Positions 25,457 through 33,067 of a DNA stretch of 33,067 bases are shown here, in pieces (positions within the stretch are counted from its first letter, which is position 1; each line of letters opens with the position of its first letter). The notes beneath the pieces are model-generated. The model was given only the letters and a program-made list of their open reading frames with translations. It was not told where the DNA came from and searched no databases. Location: the IMG/VR virus record IMGVR_UViG_3300016484_000738, positions 1 to 33,067 of that record. One strand, given 5' to 3'. A program made the position numbers and the translations under genes. The DNA comes from a virus. Its lineage: Duplodnaviria > Caudoviricetes.

Positions 25457-27429
25457 CCAGCACCCAGCGCACCAGCACCCGCCCGCGCAAAGAGACGCCG
25501 CGCCCGCCCGTCGCGCCGGCCCGTGCCCGTCCGGTCACGGCGCACGAGATCCAGAACGTGCCATTCGCCAAGCTGCGCCCAGGCAGCGCCAACGTGCGCC
25601 AGGCCGGCCGCGACGACGATATCGAGCAGCTCGTCGCCTCGATCCGCGCCAAGGGGCTGCTGCAGCCGCTCGTCGTGCGCGAGCGCGACGGCGTCTATGA
25701 GGTCACCGCGGGCAACCGGCGCCTCGCCGCGATCGGCCGCCTGATCGAGGCCGGCGAATGGGATGGGCCGATCCCGGTGATCGTGCGCGAGGAGAGCGAC
25801 GACGAGGCCCGCGACACGAGCCTCGTCGAGAACGTGGCGCGCCTCCCGATGCACCAGGTCGATCAATACGAGGCGTTCGCCGGCCTCGATCTGACGACGC
25901 CCGAGATCGCCGCCCGCTACGGCGTGACCGAGGCGGTCGTGCGCCAACGCCTGGCGCTGGGCCGCCTGCACCCGAGCATTCGCAAGGCCTGGCGCGAGCG
26001 CCAGATCGACGCGACCGCCGCGCAATGTTTCACGCTCTGCCGCGACCAGGCCCGCCAGGCCGACGTGTTCCGCGAGCTAAAGTCGACGAACCGGCTCGCG
26101 ACGCATGCGATCCGCCAGGCCTTCATTTCCGACCGCCCGCGCACCGACGACGCCCGCGTCGCGCTGGTCGGCCTCGAGGCCTACCGCAAACGCGGCGGCG
26201 AGGTCGACGAGGATCTCTTTTCGAACCGCGGCTATCTGAACGACGGCGCCCTGCTCGATCGCCTCGTCGCCGAGAAACTCGAGATCACCTGCGCCGGGCT
26301 TCTCGCCGACGGCTGGGGCTGGGCCGAAACCGCCGTCGGGCCTGGTCGCTCAGTCGGCACGCGCGCCAAGCCCGCCAACGAGGGGCTGCCGTTGCCGGCC
26401 GAGGCGAAGCTGCTCAAGTCGATCGAGGCCGAGCTCGTCAAGATCGAGCGACGCGAAGAGCAGGGCCGCAAGCACGAGGACGATTGGCGCCGGCGCGATG
26501 CGCTCGAAACGCAGGGCGAGGAGATCAAGAACCGCATCGCCGCCCGTGGTTTCACGCACGCGCAGAAAGCCAAGCTCGGCTGCCTCGTCGAGGTCGGCGA
26601 GCACGGCCTCGCCATCACCTGGGGATTGACGCGCGACGGCGGCACGACCTCGGGCAAGGCGCCGGCCGGGCCGCCCGACCAGATCAGCCGCGACGACGTC
26701 AAGCCCGACCCGCGCGATCCCCATGCGATCCCGCTCGCGCTGCTCGCCGACGTCGGCGCCGTGCAGACCGAGGCGGTCGCGCTGGTGCTGCGCGAAGTGC
26801 CCGAGGTCGCCGTGCAGATCGCCGCCGCGGCGCTGCTCTCGACGTCCGACAACTACGGACGCGGCAATTCCCCGGTGCGATTGCGACCCGAGGGACTCAA
26901 TTCCCGCCGCCTGGCGCCGGATCCCGACGACGACGACGAAGCCGACGACGCCGCCCTGCGTTCCTCGGGTTTCGCGCCGGCCATGCGCGCGATCGGCGCC
27001 AATCCGCGCGACGCCGCGGCAGCACTCGCCCGCGAGATCGCCCGCGCCCTCGACTGCCGCAATCTCAAGTTCCGGCCCGTGACGGCCGAGGATCTGGGCG
27101 CCCTCGTCGGCGCCTTGCCGGCCGAGCGCTATCATGCCCAGGTGAAAGCGGCGCTCTCGCTCGAGGACTATTTCAAGCGGGCGCCGGCCGCGGCTGCGAT
27201 CGCTGCGATCGAGGAGATGGGCGGTCGCCCGCTGCACGCGGCGAAAAAATCGGCGCTGGTCGCGTCGGCCGTCGCCAACGCACACGACTGCGGCTGGCTG
27301 CCGCCGGCGGTGCGCCATCCCGCCTATAAGCTCGCGCGCCGGATCGGCGACCCGCACTCGGGTCTCGCGCCGGCGGCGGGCGCCGCCGCACCGGCCAAGG
27401 GCAAGAGCAAGCGGGGGCGCGCATCATGA
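25453..27429 (+). CDS. Long ParB/RepB/Spo0J-family protein
   Basis: NVR..L.ASI...GLLQPLVVR..AGNRRLAA..SLVEN..R..HTH (EIAARYGVT..VRQRLALGRL). Confidence 0.9.
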   Translation: MTSTQRTSTRPRKETPRPPVAPARARPVTAHEIQNVPFAKLRPGSANVRQAGRDDDIEQLVASIRAKGLLQPLVVRERDGVYEVTAGNRRLAAIGRLIEAGEWDGPIPVIVREESDDEARDTSLVENVARLPMHQVDQYEAFAGLDLTTPEIAARYGVTEAVVRQRLALGRLHPSIRKAWRERQIDATAAQCFTLCRDQARQADVFRELKSTNRLATHAIRQAFISDRPRTDDARVALVGLEAYRKRGGEVDEDLFSNRGYLNDGALLDRLVAEKLEITCAGLLADGWGWAETAVGPGRSVGTRAKPANEGLPLPAEAKLLKSIEAELVKIERREEQGRKHEDDWRRRDALETQGEEIKNRIAARGFTHAQKAKLGCLVEVGEHGLAITWGLTRDGGTTSGKAPAGPPDQISRDDVKPDPRDPHAIPLALLADVGAVQTEAVALVLREVPEVAVQIAAAALLSTSDNYGRGNSPVRLRPEGLNSRRLAPDPDDDDEADDAALRSSGFAPAMRAIGANPRDAAAALAREIARALDCRNLKFRPVTAEDLGALVGALPAERYHAQVKAALSLEDYFKRAPAAAAIAAIEEMGGRPLHAAKKSALVASAVANAHDCGWLPPAVRHPAYKLARRIGDPHSGLAPAAGAAAPAKGKSKRGRAS

Positions 27430-27665
27430 GCACGCTCACAAACCTGCGCATCGAGGTCGACCGCACCGATACCCAGCGCCTGGCGGCCGAGCTCGCCGAC
27501 GAAGTCGCCTTTTGGAAGCAGACCGCGATCGACCTGCAGGTCGCCGTAATCCTCGGCCGCCTGCCGACCGAGGCCGACAGGCAGGGCAAGACATGGGCCG
27601 CCATGCGGTCGTGGCTCGAGGCCAACTATCACGTCAAGCGCGCGGCCCGGAGACAAACGCCATGA
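27426..27665 (+). CDS. Hypothetical protein
   Basis: ATGA coupling at both ends. Confidence 0.65.
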   Translation: MSTLTNLRIEVDRTDTQRLAAELADEVAFWKQTAIDLQVAVILGRLPTEADRQGKTWAAMRSWLEANYHVKRAARRQTP

Positions 27666-27874
27666 TCAACGTCTGCACGCAAGAGGTCGCGCCGTGGCTC
27701 GTCGGCCTGGTGCTGCTCATGTTCGCCGTCACGGTGCATGCGCTGATGCGCGCGCGTTACGCGCAGGACAAGGCCGCGCGCTGGGAAGCGGCCTATCACG
27801 AGGCGATGGCGCCGCCGCCCGGCGCGCTCGGGCGCACCTTTACCCCAACGCCCGGCAAGGATCGAACGCCATGA
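27662..27874 (+). CDS. Small membrane protein
   Basis: GGAG RBS; TM segment WLVGLVLLMFAVTVHAL; coupled. Confidence 0.65.
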   Translation: MINVCTQEVAPWLVGLVLLMFAVTVHALMRARYAQDKAARWEAAYHEAMAPPPGALGRTFTPTPGKDRTP

Positions 27875-28281
27875 GCTCGCGACCCGAAAAATTTGCCCGC
27901 TATCCGTCCGAGGTCATCGCCGCCGAGCCGGGCGACGCGGCGGCCCAGATGCGCGCGATCGCCGAGCAGCTCGCCGGCGAGGGCGACCACGCGCAGGCGC
28001 TGTGCATGGAATTGCAAGCCTCGCTCGTCGTGCACGCGATGCGGATCGCGCACCTCGAGGACGAAGCGACCCGTAAGCGATTGATCGCCGTCGCGAGGTC
28101 TGGCGGCGCCGGCAAGGTGCCGTCGGCCATCACGACCGCTTACCTCTCGGCAGCGATGCACATCATCGGCAATCTCGGCCGCGTCGATCCTACCGTCGTC
28201 GAGGCCATGCAAGAAACCGCAGAGCGCACGCTCGCCCAGTTCATGGAACGGGCGCGCAGCCATCGCCGCGACGCCAGATGA
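27871..28281 (+). CDS. Hypothetical helical protein
   Basis: ATG 27871 coupled; AAGGA RBS. Confidence 0.65.
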   Translation: MSSRPEKFARYPSEVIAAEPGDAAAQMRAIAEQLAGEGDHAQALCMELQASLVVHAMRIAHLEDEATRKRLIAVARSGGAGKVPSAITTAYLSAAMHIIGNLGRVDPTVVEAMQETAERTLAQFMERARSHRRDAR

Positions 28282-28385
28282 AACCGGCGGGCCGTGCGTT
28301 CGGCCCGCATCACCGATCCCCGGCACGCTTCCGCAGGGCACGCGCCGGGCCCGTCTCGCTCCGGGGGATTGGAGCGAGACGCACT

Positions 28386-28449
28386 GACCGCCTCGCCGCG
28401 TCCGCTGTTTAGGGCAAGTGGGGGCAGCGGCCGGCGAGGCGGTCTTTTT
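28386..28449 (+). terminator. Intrinsic terminator/attenuator-like hairpin upstream of the NusG-like gene
   Basis: GACCGCCTCGCCG/CGGCGAGGCGGTC stem with inner CCGCTG/CAGCGG, followed by TTTTT. Confidence 0.6.
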
Positions 28450-28462
28450 CGAGGGGCTGGAC

Positions 28463-29095
28463 ATGACGACGACACCGACAGACACACCGCCGCAGTCGAC
28501 GCCGGCGCCCGCACCGGCGGCGCCCTGGTATGCGCTCATGATCGCGGGCGGCGCCGGGTTCAAAGACGGCCGCCGCGTGATCCCGGAATTCGCGGCCGTC
28601 GAGGCGATCGGCGACGAAGGGCACCATGCGTTCGCACCGACGCACCGCATTCTCGTGCGCCGCCGGCGGCACCAGCAGAAGCGCGAGCCGGCCTATATCC
28701 CCCTTATCCCGGGCTATGTGTTCGCGCAGTTCGCGCGGATCCCGACGCGCGCTGATCTGCGGCGCTGGGCGCCGGTTTACGACCTGGTGCGCCTCAACGA
28801 CGTGCCGGCGGTGATCCCGCTGCACCAGATCAAGGCGCTGCAGGCGCTCGACGAGACAGACGTCGGCATCGACACGACCGGCAAGCCGGACGGCGTGCCT
28901 CTCGCGCGCATCGCCAAGGTCGGCGACCTGGTCGAGCATCGCGGCGCGGCCCTCGGCGGCCAGGCCGCGACCGTGCTCGAGATCCACAAGCGCGAGGCGG
29001 TGCTGCTCATGGAATTCCTCGGCCGGGCGTGCCGCACACGCGCGCCGCTGGCCGAGCTCGAGGTCATGGGCAAGTCGAGCGCGCGGGGGCAATGA
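28463..29095 (+). CDS. NusG/RfaH-family antiterminator
   Basis: WYAL..PLIPGYVF (NGN domain) and VGDLV..G.LGG..V..FLGR (KOW domain). Confidence 0.85.
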   Translation: MTTTPTDTPPQSTPAPAPAAPWYALMIAGGAGFKDGRRVIPEFAAVEAIGDEGHHAFAPTHRILVRRRRHQQKREPAYIPLIPGYVFAQFARIPTRADLRRWAPVYDLVRLNDVPAVIPLHQIKALQALDETDVGIDTTGKPDGVPLARIAKVGDLVEHRGAALGGQAATVLEIHKREAVLLMEFLGRACRTRAPLAELEVMGKSSARGQ

Positions 29096-29096
29096 C

Positions 29097-29462
29097 ATGC
29101 GACGAGACGGATATCAGCGGCTGTGGCGATGGTTCGGGCTCTCGCGTGCGTCGTTCCTGACGCTGCCGCGCGTGCTCATGCACGAAATGCCCGACGACTG
29201 GCAGCTGCGCATGTCGGCGCTGCTCGAGGAGTACGACGCGACCTGGGATCGCCGCGATCTCTCCGACTGTAAGGTGCTCGCCGTGACCGACGCCGGCCGG
29301 TTCGCCCGTTGGCCCGACTGGCTGGTCAACTATCGGCACCCCAACGCCGCCCAGATCGAGGCGATCCGTGCGCGGGCGTGCGAGGAGTGCGGGCGCCTGG
29401 CGCACCGGTGCCTATGCGTGCAATCGGCAATCGACCGCGCCGCATCAGGGGACCGGCCATGA
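29097..29462 (+). CDS. Conserved phage hypothetical (WFGLS.AS.L.LPRVLM..MP..WQ)
   Basis: Motif recognition; coupled to next gene. Confidence 0.7.
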   Translation: MRRDGYQRLWRWFGLSRASFLTLPRVLMHEMPDDWQLRMSALLEEYDATWDRRDLSDCKVLAVTDAGRFARWPDWLVNYRHPNAAQIEAIRARACEECGRLAHRCLCVQSAIDRAASGDRP

Positions 29463-30025
29463 GCAGCATGAAATTGAACCGGCACCTGCGCCTCGACTGG
29501 CCGCCCGGCTGGCGGCGCACGCCCGCGCGCAAGGGCGCGGCGTTCGACCTCTCCTATGATCGGGCGCTCGAGGATCTCGCCGCCGAGATCCGCATGCTCG
29601 GCGGGCGCTCGGCGATCGTCACTCACAACCCGTTTCGATCCGGCGCCGACCCGTACGATCCCGGCGTGTCGGTGTGGTTCGATCTCGAGGGTGCGCGCAA
29701 GGTATTCGCGTGCGATCGCTGGCATCGCGTGCGCGACAACGTGCGCGCGATCGCGCTCACGATCAACGCCCTGCGCGGAATCGGGCGCTGGGGTGCGAGC
29801 GACATGCTCGGCCGTGCCTTCACCGGGTTCGACGCATTGCCCGCCCCGCGCTCGTGCTGGCAGATCCTGGGCGTGCGCGAGACGGCGACCGCCGACGAGA
29901 TCCAAGCGGCCTGGCGCGACAAGCTCAAAGCGGCGCACCCCGACACCGGCGGCAGCCACGCCGCCATGGCCGAGATCAACGCAGCGCGCGATGCCGCGCT
30001 CGAGGCTGCAGGTGATGCGATATGA
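29459..30025 (+). CDS. J-domain (DnaJ-like) phage protein
   Basis: WQILGV..EI..A..HPD.GG...M.EIN.A; N-terminal L.WP.GW.RT..DPGV.V.F..CDRW domain. Confidence 0.9.
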   Translation: MSSMKLNRHLRLDWPPGWRRTPARKGAAFDLSYDRALEDLAAEIRMLGGRSAIVTHNPFRSGADPYDPGVSVWFDLEGARKVFACDRWHRVRDNVRAIALTINALRGIGRWGASDMLGRAFTGFDALPAPRSCWQILGVRETATADEIQAAWRDKLKAAHPDTGGSHAAMAEINAARDAALEAAGDAI

Positions 30026-30348
30026 GGCGAACAAGCACCCGCGCGACGCCGGCGAGCACGTTATCGTTGCCGCCGAATTTCGAGCAGAACCTGGCCAGTT
30101 ATCCGTTAGGGCATCGGCAATCGGCAATCCTCGACCTGGTGCGCCAGCGCGCTGCCGACGGGCGCACCTTCCCGACCCTGCAAGAGATCGCCGACGCGCT
30201 GGGCTATCGGCACGGCCTCAACGATATCGAGACGTCGCTGCTCGGCCTCGCCGCGCGCGGCATGATCGAGCTCGTGAAGATCAAGCGAGACCGCAAGGGG
30301 CGGCCGACTCGCATGTGGGCACTCACCGCTGCAGGACGGGACGCATGA
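30022..30348 (+). CDS. LexA DNA-binding-domain-like winged HTH protein
   Basis: RQSAILD....G..PTLQEIADALG..L..L..RG.I. Confidence 0.7.
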   Translation: MRRTSTRATPASTLSLPPNFEQNLASYPLGHRQSAILDLVRQRAADGRTFPTLQEIADALGYRHGLNDIETSLLGLAARGMIELVKIKRDRKGRPTRMWALTAAGRDA

Positions 30349-30770
30349 CCATCGCAGCACGCACCCAGCGCGAGCCACTATCACTCGGCCGCGCGCACGC
30401 ACTCAATAGCGCCATGGTGAAACTCGCGCTCGAGCGCGAGGGGATCGTCAGCACCACGCGGCAAGAGATCGATCTGCTGCGCGCGGCAAGCCTGATCGAC
30501 CTCGCCGAAGCTGCCGCGGTCGTGAAAGAGGCCGAGGAGCGCGAGGCGATCGGGCACACCGGCCCGCGATCGGTCTCTATGGTCTGCGACGATCGCCTCG
30601 TCGCTGCGATCTATGCGTTCCTGCATTTCGCGATTCCGCCCGCGGCCGGGCCGTATGACGACGATCAGCTGCTCGTCAAAATGACCGGCGGCGCGCGGCA
30701 TTGGTTCCTGATTTGCGGATCGCGCGAGATCGGCAGCCTGGGCGACGACGACGACGAGGCCGAGGCATGA
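30345..30770 (+). CDS. Hypothetical protein
   Basis: ATGA coupling at both ends. Confidence 0.65.
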   Translation: MTIAARTQREPLSLGRAHALNSAMVKLALEREGIVSTTRQEIDLLRAASLIDLAEAAAVVKEAEEREAIGHTGPRSVSMVCDDRLVAAIYAFLHFAIPPAAGPYDDDQLLVKMTGGARHWFLICGSREIGSLGDDDDEAEA

Positions 30771-31003
30771 GGGCCCTCGTCGTCGATCATCTGCCCTGGC
30801 TGTTGAGCGTGATCACGATCTGGATGACCGTTCTCGCCGGCAACAAGCACCCATCGGCCTGGCTGGTCGGCCTGGTCAATCAGGCGCTGTGGCTCGGCTG
30901 GATCGTCGCCGGCGAGGCCTGGGGATTACTGCCGATGAATGTCGCGCTCTGGATCGTGTACGGGCGCAATCATTGGCGCTGGGTATCGGAGGGAACACCA
31001 TGA
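30767..31003 (+). CDS. Small 3-TM membrane protein (half-PnuC/SemiSWEET-like)
   Basis: 78 aa, Trp-rich, AWLVGLVNQALW motif; coupled. Confidence 0.6.
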   Translation: MRALVVDHLPWLLSVITIWMTVLAGNKHPSAWLVGLVNQALWLGWIVAGEAWGLLPMNVALWIVYGRNHWRWVSEGTP

Positions 31004-31263
31004 CCGAATTGGAGAAAGAAACGACGCGCACGCTCGAGGCTGCGAAGATCCTTATCGAGGGTCGCGACGTCGATCGCGATGCGTCGCATATCGTGGTTAC
31101 GCTCGAGGCCCTGGTCGCGCTGGTGCTGCTCGTCGTCATGAACAACGACACGCGCAAGGCCGCAAGCATGCTGAATGAAGGCTTGGTGCCAGCGGTCGAG
31201 GAGCTCCTCGCACGGGCCGCCGCGCGCCAGCGCTTACAGGTCGACCCACGCGACGCGGGATAA
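31000..31263 (+). CDS. Hypothetical protein
   Basis: GGAGG RBS; coupled. Confidence 0.65.
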   Translation: MTELEKETTRTLEAAKILIEGRDVDRDASHIVVTLEALVALVLLVVMNNDTRKAASMLNEGLVPAVEELLARAAARQRLQVDPRDAG

Positions 31264-31477
31264 CTCCGAACGGCCCTTGACGGCCTCACCCAAATCACAT
31301 TAACGGCCGACTCAGGGCGATTGCCGATCCTGTGCGAGCGACTTTTGTCAGTCGCGACGCCGGGCAATCCAGACCTTGGCCGTGTTGTTCGGGCCCTGGT
31401 CGCACCGGCCTCATTGCGCCTCGAGCGCGCCAGATCACAACCGCCATCGCAGCACCAGCCGAACGGAGACGCGCGCC

Positions 31478-32638
31478 ATGCGTGACGCCATCAAATCGCT
31501 GTTCGCCCGGATCACCTGGGACGCGATCGTGATCAATATGCTCATGCTCGCCGGCATGGCCGCGGTCGTGTACTACGCCGACAAGCGCAGCGTCGACGAC
31601 ATGACGAAAGTCATCATCGCGGCAGTCGGTATCGCCGGCGTCTACTACGTGCGCAAGTCGGTCAACATCGGCTGCCACGCCTGGCACCAGCGCCGGTTCA
31701 TGAAATTCTGCGGCGCGCTCTGCCTCCTCTCGTTCGCCTCGACGATCGAGGCCAACAATCATCTGTCAGTGGGCTCGAGCAATCAGGACGGATTGACCGC
31801 CGACCGCGTCGCCGCCAAGGGCCGCAGTGACGCCGCCGACATGACCGTCAACATCGCCGCGCAGCAGGTGCTCAAACTGCGCGGCGAGGCCGCCTGGAAG
31901 AATGTCGACCTGCTGCCGCTCGATGCGATCCAGAAGAAGATCGACGGCGAAAAGGCGACCCGCTTCTATCGCGAGGTAACGCAGGGCTGCACGATTACCA
32001 AGGGCCCGCAGACGACCGAATTCTGCCGCGCCCTCGCCCAGCTCGAGGCCGACAAGGCTATGGCGTCGCGCAAGCTCGTTCTCGACGTCGAGATCCCCGC
32101 CGCCGAGAAAGCGCTCGAGGAAGCCCGCGCCGAACGCAAGCGGACAAAGTACGTCACGAGCGGCGAGCGCGCCGATACCCGCAACATTCGCAAGGTCGCG
32201 GCCATGGTCGGGTTCCAAGAGTTCGACGTCGAGCTCTCGAATGCGGTGCTGTTCCTGATCGGCCTGGTCGGCCTCCTCGCGCTCACCGAATGGCTGCACG
32301 TCTCGGCGACCTACGAGGGCAAACAGCTGCCGCCCTGGCCGCTGTTCGCCCGCATCGGCCGGATCGGTCGCGGTATCGGCCGCGGTATCGCCCGCGGCAT
32401 CGGCCTGGCTTGGTATGGCCGAGGCAAAGAGGCCCAGGCCGCACCAGGCGCAGGCGTGACCGAGACCCCGATCGTGCAGGCCGAGCCGGTCGCGACCCCG
32501 CTGGTGCCACACCTGCCCGCACCTGCTGCAGGTGGCGTGACGGTCGTGCAGCAGCGATTCAGCGATGCCCGCTTTGCCCAGCATGCAGCGGCCGTGCTGG
32601 CACAGTTCCGCCGTGACGAGCAGGCCCGCGCCGCGTGA
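31478..32638 (+). CDS. Multi-pass membrane/coiled-coil protein, distant paralogue of 18145-19335
   Basis: GGAG RBS; 3 TM + helical region with CT..P...C motif + TM + low-complexity tail. Confidence 0.7.
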   Translation: MRDAIKSLFARITWDAIVINMLMLAGMAAVVYYADKRSVDDMTKVIIAAVGIAGVYYVRKSVNIGCHAWHQRRFMKFCGALCLLSFASTIEANNHLSVGSSNQDGLTADRVAAKGRSDAADMTVNIAAQQVLKLRGEAAWKNVDLLPLDAIQKKIDGEKATRFYREVTQGCTITKGPQTTEFCRALAQLEADKAMASRKLVLDVEIPAAEKALEEARAERKRTKYVTSGERADTRNIRKVAAMVGFQEFDVELSNAVLFLIGLVGLLALTEWLHVSATYEGKQLPPWPLFARIGRIGRGIGRGIARGIGLAWYGRGKEAQAAPGAGVTETPIVQAEPVATPLVPHLPAPAAGGVTVVQQRFSDARFAQHAAAVLAQFRRDEQARAA

Positions 32639-33000
32639 GTGACGAGGGCAAGCGGGATCGGGACAAGCGGCACGATGCACGCCGCCGCGTATCCCAGCCC
32701 TGGCGTGCGCTCTATGACACCGCCCGCTGGAAGCGCCTACGTGCAGAGCAGCTCGCCCGCGAGCCGCTCTGCCGACGCTGCAGGCGCGAGGGCCGCACCG
32801 CCGCCGCAACGGTCGTGCACCACGTCGAGCGCCACGACGGCGACCCCGTGAAGTTCTACACCGAAGACCTCGAGAGCCTGTGCAAGCGCCACCATGACGG
32901 CGAGGCCCAGCAGCAGGAAGCGATCGGCTACTCGACCACGATCGGCACCGATGGATGGCCGACCGACCCCATGCACCCCGTGCATGCACGCGCACGCTAG
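32635..33000 (+). CDS. HNH endonuclease (terminase-associated, HK97 gp74-like)
   Basis: Y...RW..LR..L.REPLC..C..A.VVHH..H.GD..L.SLC..HH. Confidence 0.9.
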   Translation: MSDEGKRDRDKRHDARRRVSQPWRALYDTARWKRLRAEQLAREPLCRRCRREGRTAAATVVHHVERHDGDPVKFYTEDLESLCKRHHDGEAQQQEAIGYSTTIGTDGWPTDPMHPVHARAR

Positions 33001-33067
33001 GCGCTGCTGCAACCGTTAACCCCCCGGGGGGGGAGTGATTAAGATTTTTTCAACCGCCGGAGACGAC

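Noticed and set aside
31277-31305. Late promoter (TTGACG at 31277)
   Set aside because: Good -35 box but no convincing -10 at 16-18 nt spacing; insufficient support
33016-33042. CtrA box near the genome end
   Set aside because: The two TTAA half-sites are 19 nt apart, not the TTAA-N7-TTAA spacing

Overview
The whole window is a GC-rich temperate siphovirus genome, probably infecting an alphaproteobacterium (GcrA homologue, alphaproteobacterial-type CI/Cro pair). It runs through the end of the head module, neck/tail genes (with a -1 frameshifted tail chaperone), lysis genes, a roughly 4 kb accessory island (serine-recombinase/GIY-YIG fusion, two MazG-like genes, many small ORFs), a tyrosine integrase next to an apparently intact attP (tRNA 3'-end core, arm repeats, IHF site), the immunity switch and an early/middle operon. 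It ends in the HNH gene that normally precedes the terminase. Main candidates for something new: (1) two glycosyltransferase-like genes inside the neck operon, together with a recurrent S-P-P motif in at least five virion proteins, suggesting a phage-encoded virion O-glycosylation system with its own sequon; (2) a cassette-like accessory island whose genes are joined by repeated stop-RBS-start linkers; (3) a membrane-anchored wHTH gene carrying an internal array of 13-bp palindromic repeats, in a genome where I recognise no replication initiator. All family assignments come from motif recognition by eye, not database searches.
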